DNA of 64,000 nt from IMG/VR virus record IMGVR_UViG_3300045988_129218, one strand, 5' to 3'. This DNA is from a virus. The notes beneath the pieces are model-generated. The model worked only from the letters and a program-made list of their open reading frames with translations. It did no database searches and was not told the origin of the DNA. A program made the position numbers and the translations under genes. Shown here piece after piece: positions 10,219 to 17,321 of the stretch; the first letter of the stretch is position 1; the number at the start of each line of letters is the position of its first letter.

Positions 10219-10413
10219 TTATTTCTTTATCTTGCCGTGTTGTTCCTCAATTCCCTTGCGGACGATCTCCGATCTGGACAGGTTTTCCACTTTGCAGCAC
10301 TCGTCCAGTTTTGCGAGGGTCGGTTTGTCCAACCTTACGCGGAGCATATAATCTTTCGCGTTGTCGGATTTGGGGCGGCCTTTCGGTGCAACCAAATTCA
10401 AACCTCCTTTCAT
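10219..10413 (-). CDS. Ribbon-helix-helix (CopG-like) small DNA-binding protein
   Basis: GRPKSDNAKDYMLRVRLDKPTLAKLDECCK pattern. Analogous ORF at 16183-16350. Confidence 0.55.
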   Translation of the reverse strand: MKGGLNLVAPKGRPKSDNAKDYMLRVRLDKPTLAKLDECCKVENLSRSEIVRKGIEEQHGKIKK

Positions 10414-10425
10414 GTTGCTACGCTA

Positions 10426-10454
10426 AATATATACCGTAGCAACAAAAATGTCAA
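10426..10454 (-). promoter_or_regulatory. Sigma-70-type promoter
   Basis: TTGACA-N17-TATATT read on the minus strand, upstream of the RHH gene. An inverted repeat TGCTACG..CGTAGCA overlaps the -10. Confidence 0.5.
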
Positions 10455-10618
10455 GAACTTTTTTCAGATTTTTTCTCCGCCAGCTCCACGGTGTCGGGAA
10501 TGAGCAGGCGGGCGGCGGCTTCGGACTCCGCCTCGATGAGCATGACGAACTCCGCGCCGTCCCGCTTGCGGCGGACGGTGAAGGGATATTCGCGCTTTAT
10601 AACATTGGTGACGAGCAT
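10451..10618 (-). CDS. Hypothetical protein (55 aa)
   Basis: Internal ATG with AAGGGGGA RBS. Abuts the stop of the upstream gene. Confidence 0.35.
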   Translation of the reverse strand: MLVTNVIKREYPFTVRRKRDGAEFVMLIEAESEAAARLLIPDTVELAEKKSEKSS

Positions 10619-10622
10619 GGGG

Positions 10623-10901
10623 TCATTCCCCCTTCTGCATATTCTCCACGGAGAAGGTGAAGCGGATCGTGGTTTCGCCGGCGGCCATGTAAATGCTGTC
10701 GGAGAAGGAGCACAGCGTGGCAAATACCGATTTCGCCGTACCGTCCAACGCGGCGGGGTGGGGTAGCTCCAAAGCCACGGAGGCGTGGGTGCTGTCGCTC
10801 TGAGGATCAGTGGATGAAACAGAGGCGGCGAAGCTCTTGGCGAGATCGGCGGTGTCCTTGAGGGCGAGGTACTGCTCCAGTTTTTTGGGATTCATAGACA
10901 T
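10623..10901 (-). CDS. Hypothetical protein (92 aa)
   Basis: AAGGAGG RBS 7 nt before the ATG. Confidence 0.45.
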   Translation of the reverse strand: MSMNPKKLEQYLALKDTADLAKSFAASVSSTDPQSDSTHASVALELPHPAALDGTAKSVFATLCSFSDSIYMAAGETTIRFTFSVENMQKGE

Positions 10902-10936
10902 GTGGATTTCCTCCTTGTGGATTTTTGTCGTAGTAT

Positions 10937-10966
10937 AGTCTACCGGCAAATGCGGATTTTGTGCAA
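10937..10966 (-). promoter_or_regulatory. Promoter (TTGCAC-N18-TAGACT) with TAGTCTACCGG operator-like box
   Basis: Read on the minus strand. Near-identical 35-nt block recurs at 23967-23996. Confidence 0.45.
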
Positions 10967-10990
10967 GGGATTTGAAAAAATTTTCAGAAT

Positions 10991-12049
10991 TTAACCGCGG
11001 CGGAGTGCGGGGACAATATCGGCGATGATGCTGGCGGCCTCGGATGCCTCGGCGAGGGTGTTGTACCAGTCGAAGGAGAAGCGGATGGTCTCAAGTGCCT
11101 GCTGCTCGGTAAGGCCGCTGGCCATGAGGTTGGCGGAGGCGGCGTTGTCACCGCTGGAACAGGCGGAGCCGGTAGACACCATGACGCCGTTTTCGCTGAG
11201 TGCGGCGGCGAGGGCAGCGCCGTAGACGCCGGGGAAACGGATGGAGAGGATGTGGGGAGCGCAATCCTTGCTGCTTTTGCCGACGGGCAGATTGATGTCG
11301 AAATCCACACGGTGGCAACCAAGGGAAATGATAAGCTCCTGAGCGACGGCGCGGATAGCTTTCTCGTTTTCCTCCATGTGTAGGGAGCGCCAGGTGAGGG
11401 CGGCGGCCATAGAGCTGACAAGGGGGACGGAGACCGTGCCGCCGCGCATACCGCGCTCCTGTGCGCCGCCGAAGATCATAGGGGCTACGGGACAGCCGCG
11501 GCGGACGATGAGTGCACCGATGCCCTTGAGGGAACCGAACTTGTGGCCGCCGAAAGCCATGTAGTCCGCACCCAGCGCCTTGAAGTCCACGGGGATGTGG
11601 CCTACGGCGGCGGTGGCGTCAAGGCCGATGCGGTGCGGACGGTTTTTACGGCAGAAAGCTGCCACGTCGCTTATCTGCCCGGTTTCATTGTTGACGAGGG
11701 ATAGGATGGCGGAGGGCTTGCCGTGGGTAGCGATGGGCACGAGGTATGACCGGGCAGCCTCGCTGACGGCGTGGTGAACGGTGTCATTGTAGTTGATGGC
11801 GTCGGTCTCCAGCCGGAGGCATCTGACCATCCAGTTGCAAGCTTCGGTGGCGCCGGAGGTGAAATACACCTCGTCCGGTTCGCAGTTCAGTTTGTCGGCG
11901 ATGATGGCACGGCAAGATTCCAGTTCGGCCTTGGCCTCGCGCCCAACGGCGTGTGCGCTGGAAGGGTTGCCGAAGATGGCGCACTGTGTGGCGGCACCAA
12001 ATGCGCCGGGAACTGGCGGCGTGGTAGCGGCATTGTCGAAGTAGATCAT
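10991..12049 (-). CDS. Cysteine desulfurase (class V aminotransferase, NifS/IscS-like)
   Basis: IYFDNAATT, GGHKFGSLKGIGAL (PLP lysine), SxGSACSSG (catalytic Cys). AAGGAG RBS at the internal ATG. Confidence 0.85.
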   Translation of the reverse strand: MIYFDNAATTPPVPGAFGAATQCAIFGNPSSAHAVGREAKAELESCRAIIADKLNCEPDEVYFTSGATEACNWMVRCLRLETDAINYNDTVHHAVSEAARSYLVPIATHGKPSAILSLVNNETGQISDVAAFCRKNRPHRIGLDATAAVGHIPVDFKALGADYMAFGGHKFGSLKGIGALIVRRGCPVAPMIFGGAQERGMRGGTVSVPLVSSMAAALTWRSLHMEENEKAIRAVAQELIISLGCHRVDFDINLPVGKSSKDCAPHILSIRFPGVYGAALAAALSENGVMVSTGSACSSGDNAASANLMASGLTEQQALETIRFSFDWYNTLAEASEAASIIADIVPALRRG

Positions 12050-12185
12050 GTTAGTTTTCTCCTTTTCGTAAGAAGTTTCGCAAAGTGTGTCTTTGGTTAT
12101 TTGTTGTGTTTTTGCAAAGCGTGTTATGTTTTTCACTGGCCGAGTTTGCATATTTGCCGATATTCAAAACGCAACGAAAATATAG

Positions 12186-12223
12186 TTTACAAAACAAGCC
12201 GGAGGGCGGTGTGCCGTCCGGCT
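12186..12223 (-). terminator. Rho-independent terminator after HU
   Basis: AGCCGGA...TCCGGCT hairpin followed by TGTTTTGT on the minus strand. Confidence 0.5.
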
Positions 12224-12261
12224 CGTAATGTGGGATATTTTGTATGGCTGCGGATGGCGCG

Positions 12262-12537
12262 TCAGCTGTTGACGGCATCCTTGAGCTGTTTTGCGGGCTT
12301 GAAGATGGCCACGCGCTTAGCGGGGACGGTGATGACCTCACCGGTAGCGGGGTTCTTGCCGGGGTGCGCGTCGCGGACCTTGCTGGTGAAGATGCCGAAG
12401 CCGGAGATACTCACGCTGTCGCCGGAGCGCATGACGCCGGTAAGGGTGTTGGCAGCGGCGGCGATCACGCGCTCGACGTCGGACTTCTTCATGTCGGTCG
12501 CTGCTGCCAGAGTGGAAATAAACTCGCTCTTGGTCAT
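12262..12537 (-). CDS. hup: HU-family DNA-binding protein
   Basis: 91 aa. GFGIFTSKVRDAHPGKNPATGEVITVPAKRVAIFKPAKQLKDAV is the HU arm and C-terminal signature. Confidence 0.9.
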   Translation of the reverse strand: MTKSEFISTLAAATDMKKSDVERVIAAAANTLTGVMRSGDSVSISGFGIFTSKVRDAHPGKNPATGEVITVPAKRVAIFKPAKQLKDAVNS

Positions 12538-12595
12538 GGAATGTGCCTCCTTTCTGTTGTAGATTTTAGACTGAAACGTTTTATCGCCTTGCGGC

Positions 12596-12671
12596 TGGTG
12601 GGAGATCGGGGACTTGAACCCGGAACCGGGCCGTTATGAGCGGCCTGCTCTGCCGATTGAGCTAATCCCCC
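12596..12671 (-). tRNA. tRNA with CAU anticodon (Met or Ile2), CCA encoded; C50.C64 mismatch in T stem
   Basis: Hand-folded cloverleaf: GGGGGAT/ATCTCCC acceptor, loop CTCATAA, T loop TTCAAGT. Confidence 0.7.
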
Positions 12672-12839
12672 GTATGTGGGCGGCGCGGCTGCCCAGACCG
12701 CACCGCCCATCGAAAGGAGATTGGCCTGCCTGTATTCCAACAGGAGCCGGGGAAAATGAACAAAACCCGGTGCTGCTTCTTACAGCCGCAGCATATTGAG
12801 GAACTCTGCTACGAAAGCGGGGCGTTTGTGCGTCCCTTG

Positions 12840-12940
12840 TGCGGGAGGTGGGAATCGAACCCACGGAACGGCGACGCGCAAAAACGGAACAAGTTTTAGG
12901 AGGGACATTTGTTTTGCCGTTCGCCCCCTGGCGCCCCCGC
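12840..12940 (-). ncRNA. 101-nt tRNA-like element: intact acceptor, class-II-like D arm and T arm, but no canonical anticodon arm
   Basis: GCGGGGG/CTCCCGC acceptor. GCC-AGGGGGCGAAC-GGC D arm. GTGGG-TTCGATT-CCCAC T arm. The 50 nt in between do not fold into a 5-bp stem with a 7-nt loop. Confidence 0.5.
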
Positions 12941-12996
12941 ATAGAGAGTGGGGGAGGACGGTCTGGGGGATGCCCGCCTCCCCGATGGGGGTGGGT

Positions 12997-13068
12997 AGGG
13001 CGCGGTCGGAGTCGAACCGGCGTTTCCCTGCGGTCAAACAGGGCGTTCTGCCGTTGAACTACGCGCCC
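12997..13068 (-). tRNA. Aberrant tRNA: 8-nt anticodon loop UUUGACCG, C50.A64 T-stem mismatch, no encoded CCA
   Basis: GGGCGCG/CGCGCCC acceptor. GTTC/GAAC D stem. CCCTG-TTTGACCG-CAGGG. T loop TTCGACT. Confidence 0.5.
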
Positions 13069-13234
13069 GTAGTCGGGAGGAGGAAAGGTGGGGGGACCTC
13101 CTCCCGATGAGGTGGGGCGTTCCTTCGTTCGCTGTCACGCCCAAATCGTGCTACCGGCTGGTTCGACCCGGCGACACCGCTGCCAGACGCGGAGGTTTCA
13201 TTCCTGACGGGGGAAGTCATCCATCAGGCGGGCA

Positions 13235-13311
13235 TGGAGCAGCGTAGCGGATTTGAACCGCCACCCCCAGTTTGGAAGACTGGTGTGCTGACCGTTGAAC
13301 ACTAACGCTGC
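13235..13311 (-). tRNA. tRNA-Gly(UCC)
   Basis: GCAGCGT/ACGCTGC acceptor, loop CTTCCAA, T loop TTCAAAT, U73, CCA encoded. Confidence 0.85.
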
Positions 13312-13480
13312 ATGGGTGCTCGTCTTTCCGAGCCGCCAGATCTTTTCCGTGCCTCGCTTTTGCCAGCAGATCACAGGCGCAATTACAACATCGAGGCTTG
13401 AGGGGCTTACTTCAGGACTTCGCATCACCCATACGGCTGTTCCGCTAAAACGCTCGTCACTCGCGGTGTCCACGTAGAAT

Positions 13481-13555
13481 TGGCACAGACGGCTGGATTT
13501 GAACCAGCGAATGAGGGAGTCAAAGTCCCTTGCCTTACCGCTTGGCTACGCCTGC
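13481..13555 (-). tRNA. tRNA-Gln(UUG)
   Basis: TAGCCAAGCGGTAAGGCA D region. AGGGA-CTTTGAC-TCCCT. GCTGG-TTCAAAT-CCAGC. CCA encoded. Confidence 0.85.
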
Positions 13556-13700
13556 ATGGTTTTCCCCTGCGCGAACTGCCCGCGAGATGCCGGGTTCGTT
13601 GCCGCGAATTGACCGGCACAGCTCCTGCTTACGGGGCGGAGCTTATCTAAACCTGAAGGGGCCTCTGCGCCGTTAGGGGGTGTCCCCTTCGGCAATTTTA

Positions 13701-13722
13701 AGTATGCGCCCCGTGTCAAGGG
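13701..13722 (-). promoter_or_regulatory. Island motif cccTTGACAcgg-N4-CATACT heading the tRNA array
   Basis: Minus-strand read. Preceded by CTGAAAATTTTTTCAAA, an A/T tract also present at 10970-10986. Confidence 0.5.
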
Positions 13723-13749
13723 AACTTCTGAAAGTTTTTGAAAAAATTT

Positions 13750-13914
13750 TCAGGTGTTGTATCCCTCACGGAAGCTGCCGCATTTTGTGTGGAACTCTAC
13801 CACATAATAGCGGCGCAGAGGGTGGATGTAGATCACTTTGCCGGTGGCCTTTTTCTCGGTGTCGGCGATACAGCGGGTGACGGTATCTTCCAGTTGAATG
13901 TTGGAGGGGATCAT
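13750..13914 (-). CDS. Hypothetical protein (54 aa; below the ORF-track cutoff)
   Basis: Own translation MIPSNIQLEDTVTRCIADTEKKATGKVIYIHPLRRYYVVEFHTKCGSFREGYNT. ATGA start/stop overlap with the upstream gene. Confidence 0.4.
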   Translation of the reverse strand: MIPSNIQLEDTVTRCIADTEKKATGKVIYIHPLRRYYVVEFHTKCGSFREGYNT

Positions 13915-14129
13915 GCTGCGCCGCCTTTCTTGCAGAACTGCTGCATGAGGACAAGCTCCACGCCGCCCTCCCAGACGTGGCAGGTTTCAATAAGAAAATC
14001 GCCGTAGGCCATCATCTCAAGGTCGTTTTGTGGGCTGAACGGAACGCCGCTGGAGCCAAAAGTGAGTTCGATCTTGGGCTTCACGCCGTCGCCGATGTCA
14101 AGGACGGAGCAAATTTCGCGGACTGTCAT
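13911..14129 (-). CDS. Conserved hypothetical 72-aa protein (paralog of 8953-9171)
   Basis: AGGAGG RBS. MTVREICSVLDIGDGVKP...AYGDFLIETCHV. Confidence 0.55.
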   Translation of the reverse strand: MTVREICSVLDIGDGVKPKIELTFGSSGVPFSPQNDLEMMAYGDFLIETCHVWEGGVELVLMQQFCKKGGAA

Positions 14130-14206
14130 GGTATATGTACCTCCTATTGTATAAATGGTGTATGATGTGAATGCTGGTATACAGGGTGCAATCAGGCGGC
14201 AACGCG

Positions 14207-14370
14207 CCGAATTTCGTCGGTCTGGTTGCAGCCGTCCAAAATGCGGACGGTTGGGATCGCCCGACGAAATTCGGCAGACGTTATATCGCTGTCCGAAATT
14301 CTGACGGCGTTTTTGCGGCGGTGAATTTCGTCGGCGCAAAAGGGGGTCAAGGCGTGTCCGCATTTCGGAC
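14207..14370. repeat. Interleaved repeat cluster in a 250-nt intergenic gap
   Basis: CCGAATTTCGTCGG at 14207-14220, inverted at 14261-14274, partial at 14323-14334. GTCC[A/G]AAAT[G/T]C[G/T]GAC at 14234-14248 and 14291-14305, inverted at 14356-14370. Confidence 0.6.
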
Positions 14371-14379
14371 GCGCAGGGG

Positions 14380-14637
14380 TCAGCGCATACGGGAGGCGAC
14401 AAGCTGGGCGCGGTAGGCGCGGACGATTCCCTCGTAGAACCAGCGCAGTTTCTTTTCCTGCGAGATGACGTGAAGTTTGCTTATACGGCGGCATTCGGCC
14501 ACGGTAGCACCGCCGCGGCGTATACGCGCTTGCAGATTTTTCTGCCGGACGCTGAGGTTGACACCACCCAGTTTTTCCAATTCGGCGTACATCTCACCGA
14601 TGGTGGTATGGTAGTTGAGACCGTATTCCTCACACAT
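14380..14637 (-). CDS. Hypothetical protein (85 aa)
   Basis: ORF directly downstream of the Rha gene. Protein-like composition. Confidence 0.4.
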   Translation of the reverse strand: MCEEYGLNYHTTIGEMYAELEKLGGVNLSVRQKNLQARIRRGGATVAECRRISKLHVISQEKKLRWFYEGIVRAYRAQLVASRMR

Positions 14638-14670
14638 CTGACGGATGGTGTGGTTGATGTCCTCTTTCCA

Positions 14671-15183
14671 TTACTCTGCATCAGAGGTAGAGGGACGGGT
14701 GATAGCAGAAAGTGTCTGGTTCACCATCGTGCGTGTTTCCTGCTGCTGGGTGGTCAGTTCAGCGATCTGCTTTGCCTGCTGCTTTTGCTGAAGCTCCATC
14801 TTGATGATGGCGCGGGCCTCGTAGGACAGGGCGGAGAAGTCTGCCTCGGTCAGGCCCTGCTGCTGGGAGCGCAATTCCTGCTCCATGGCATTAAAGGCGC
14901 TGATGTACTTCATCTTCCACGTCAACGCTTCCTTGCCGGTAAAGCCCATAGCGAGGAGGGTGAAGCCGTCGCGGTTCATAAGGTACATGGGGTACTCCTG
15001 CCCATTCTGCGGGTGGATGTAGGTGGTTTTGAAGAACATGGGGGTATGCTCAAAATTGGGCAGACCCCCAATCAGATTCTCGATGTCACGTAGGACGTTC
15101 TTGTGTTCCTTGCCGAAGTGCTCCACAATGTCGCGGCTGCTGGCAGTGGGCTGGCCGTTGCTGATGGTGATAAGGTCATTCAT
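14671..15183 (-). CDS. Rha-family phage regulatory protein
   Basis: ITISNGQPTASSRDIVEHFGKEHKNVLRDIENLI matches the Rha N-terminal signature. Confidence 0.75.
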   Translation of the reverse strand: MNDLITISNGQPTASSRDIVEHFGKEHKNVLRDIENLIGGLPNFEHTPMFFKTTYIHPQNGQEYPMYLMNRDGFTLLAMGFTGKEALTWKMKYISAFNAMEQELRSQQQGLTEADFSALSYEARAIIKMELQQKQQAKQIAELTTQQQETRTMVNQTLSAITRPSTSDAE

Positions 15184-15228
15184 CTGTGAAAATCTCCTTT
15201 CGGCTTATTAGTGGATATGCTCGAACCG

Positions 15229-15963
15229 CTATGCTTTCAGCGAATTAGGCGTGTGTGCTGCGTATCGGTTCAGGAAGTACCGCTGCCCGGCGGGCGTCAC
15301 AGTTGTAACGCGGTCGATGATGCCGCTTTCCTTTGTGAAGCGGGGCGTTTCCTTGACGAAGAACAGCCCCATTTCCATGGCTCTTTGTGTCGGCATATTG
15401 TAGTCGCTGCCGCCCTTGATAAGAAAGCCGTCGTTGCGAAGCGTCCAGTAGAACCGCTTTTCTCCAGTGTCCACGCCGTTTTGCTTGAGTAGCTTCGCCA
15501 TGTCGCGGACGAGGATGTTCGTGTCGCAGCCCGTAATGGCGTTTGCAAATCGGACGGCGGGAGCGTCCTCCTCGATTTTCGCTTGCAGACCCTTGATTTT
15601 GTCGCTGGCAATCTGCAAAGCCCGCGCCATGACCTTTTCGGGGCTGTTCCACTCCTTTTCAAGCTGGATGAAGTATTGCCGCGCCTGCTTGCCCTTTTCG
15701 CTGCGCTGGAGCATACAAATCTCTTTCGCCATTTCGATGGTGATTTCCGCGTCCTTCCGGGGCTTGCCGGGTAGTCCGTCAACCCTATTGCGGAAAAATC
15801 CGCAATAGTCTTTTCCCTCTTCAAAGCCGTAATCACACATCCGGGGAAACCAGTCTTTGAAGTGGTCTTTTACCTCAAGGGCTGCGTGCAGGTCGCGTGC
15901 CGATACCGTGATACGGTCAGGGCTGTCTACATTTACAGGGACGAGCTGTTCGAACTTTGTCAT
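15229..15963 (-). CDS. Antirepressor (AntA/AntB N-terminal + KilAC C-terminal domains)
   Basis: ITVSARDLHAALEVKDHFKDWFPRMCDYGFEEGKDY (AntA-like). NILVRDMAKLLKQNGVDTGEKRFYWTLRNDGFL (KilAC-like). Confidence 0.75.
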   Translation of the reverse strand: MTKFEQLVPVNVDSPDRITVSARDLHAALEVKDHFKDWFPRMCDYGFEEGKDYCGFFRNRVDGLPGKPRKDAEITIEMAKEICMLQRSEKGKQARQYFIQLEKEWNSPEKVMARALQIASDKIKGLQAKIEEDAPAVRFANAITGCDTNILVRDMAKLLKQNGVDTGEKRFYWTLRNDGFLIKGGSDYNMPTQRAMEMGLFFVKETPRFTKESGIIDRVTTVTPAGQRYFLNRYAAHTPNSLKA

Positions 15964-16002
15964 AGTCTTGTTTCCGCCTTTCTATGGTCGTTGGTAGTCG
16001 GT

Positions 16003-16024
16003 ATAGTACCAGCCGTGTCAAGGG
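16003..16024 (-). promoter_or_regulatory. Island motif cccTTGACAcgg-N4-TACTAT
   Basis: Minus-strand read, ~40 nt upstream of the AntA-type gene start. Confidence 0.5.
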
Positions 16025-16182
16025 ATTCCGAAGGCGAATTTCCAAAAATGAGCGCAAAAATCCCCTGCGGAAAGCTGTTGACTTTCGCAGGGGCGGCGTC
16101 TATAATAAGATTTAGACGGCACCCGTGCGGTGCTGGCGGAAAGCAGGGCGCTAATCTTTGGTCGGATGGAGCGCTCTGCTTT

Positions 16183-16350
16183 TTATTTACCCGGAAGCAG
16201 CATGATACCGTCGCGGATGCCCTCCGTGCGTTTCTTGCCGGTACGTTTGCAATATTCGTCCAGAATTGCCAGCGTTTTATCGTCAAGTCGGACGTGGAGG
16301 GGATTGGACTTCGGATTTTCAGCTTTCGGGCGTCCTGTGCGTGGACTCAA
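16183..16350 (-). CDS. Ribbon-helix-helix small protein (55 aa; below the ORF-track cutoff)
   Basis: Own translation (TTG start after GAGGTG): SPRTGRPKAENPKSNPLHVRLDDKTLAILDEYCKRTGKKRTEGIRDGIMLLPGK. Parallels 10219-10413. Confidence 0.5.
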   Translation of the reverse strand: MSPRTGRPKAENPKSNPLHVRLDDKTLAILDEYCKRTGKKRTEGIRDGIMLLPGK

Positions 16351-16384
16351 ATTATTCACCTCACTTTATGTAGCCCATAAATTT

Positions 16385-16413
16385 ATTATAGTTTATGTAG
16401 CCCCAAATGTCAA
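16385..16413 (-). promoter_or_regulatory. Consensus sigma-70 promoter
   Basis: TTGACA-N17-TATAAT on the minus strand, upstream of the RHH ORF. Confidence 0.6.
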
Positions 16414-16502
16414 GGAAAATTTTGTGGGCCAAAAGGAAACCCACACGGCTGATGCCCGTGCGGGTTTGCTCTATTTTACTCATTCAACGAGCACATCAAC
16501 TG

Positions 16503-17321
16503 TTATCGGATATACGCTTCTGTCGATGCAAGCACAGTGGTCGTACCAGATTTGTAGAACGTGGCTTTTACTCGGTAATATCGTGTTGTGCCAATTCCAT
16601 TTGACCACCCAAAACAATAATGCCCCCAATCACCGATGTTGTAAGGAACTGTTCCGTTTTCTGTCTCATCCGAATAGCCTAATTTTGCCGCATAATTGGA
16701 AACATAATAGTCTATGCGATAGTCGACTGGAATCTTTTCGTCTGGCTTTCCTCCGTAGACCTTAAACATAAAGTACAACGGGTCATTCGCTCCAAAGTCA
16801 ACAGTCGTTGGGTTTCCATATGCCTTTTTTGTGGTATAGGCATCATATGTCCATTTGTAAATGCTGTCAGAAATCTCTTCTATATTGGGATAGTTTTTTT
16901 CGGAAAGGTATTCTACATATTTCAGGGTTGTTTTATCAGATCTGTCTTTGTGCGTGCAGACGTATTGATACCGAACGTCCAGCGCTTTTCGCTCAGAATC
17001 CTTGAAATTTCCCAATTTTTCAAAGGCGATGATGGCATCATGATATTCCCCTGTATCGAAAAGTTCCTGAGCAGCATCGTAAGATTTCAGCATACGAGAA
17101 TACTCCATATATCGGGGAATGAAAATGGCACAGAGAACAGCCAATACGACCAAAAAGGCTGATGCAGAAACGATCAGGGTCGTTTTGCGTTTTTTCTTAC
17201 GCCGCTGCTCCTGCTGCACAAGCTGAAAATCGGTAAAGCGAGGGTCTTTCCCGCATTCGGGGCACTTCGCGGCCTTGTCGCTTACGTTGTGGCCGCAGTG
17301 AGGACAGGTCTTGAGCGCCAT
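16503..17321 (-). CDS. Zinc-ribbon membrane protein with extracytoplasmic domain (272 aa)
   Basis: CPHCGHNVSDKAAKCPECG, a basic stretch, then one hydrophobic helix. Visibly AT-richer than the flanks. Confidence 0.6.
   Translation of the reverse strand: MALKTCPHCGHNVSDKAAKCPECGKDPRFTDFQLVQQEQRRKKKRKTTLIVSASAFLVVLAVLCAIFIPRYMEYSRMLKSYDAAQELFDTGEYHDAIIAFEKLGNFKDSERKALDVRYQYVCTHKDRSDKTTLKYVEYLSEKNYPNIEEISDSIYKWTYDAYTTKKAYGNPTTVDFGANDPLYFMFKVYGGKPDEKIPVDYRIDYYVSNYAAKLGYSDETENGTVPYNIGDWGHYCFGWSNGIGTTRYYRVKATFYKSGTTTVLASTEAYIR

Noticed and set aside
12840-12940. tmRNA, tRNA-Sec or intron-containing tRNA as the identity of the 101-nt element
   Set aside because: There is no G3.U70 or tag ORF and it is far too short for a tmRNA. 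It has no UCA anticodon or 8/5 (or 9/4) stem geometry for Sec. The extra sequence is too short for a group I intron.
13198-13473. 91-aa minus-strand ORF
   Set aside because: It runs straight through tRNA-Gly and the array spacer.
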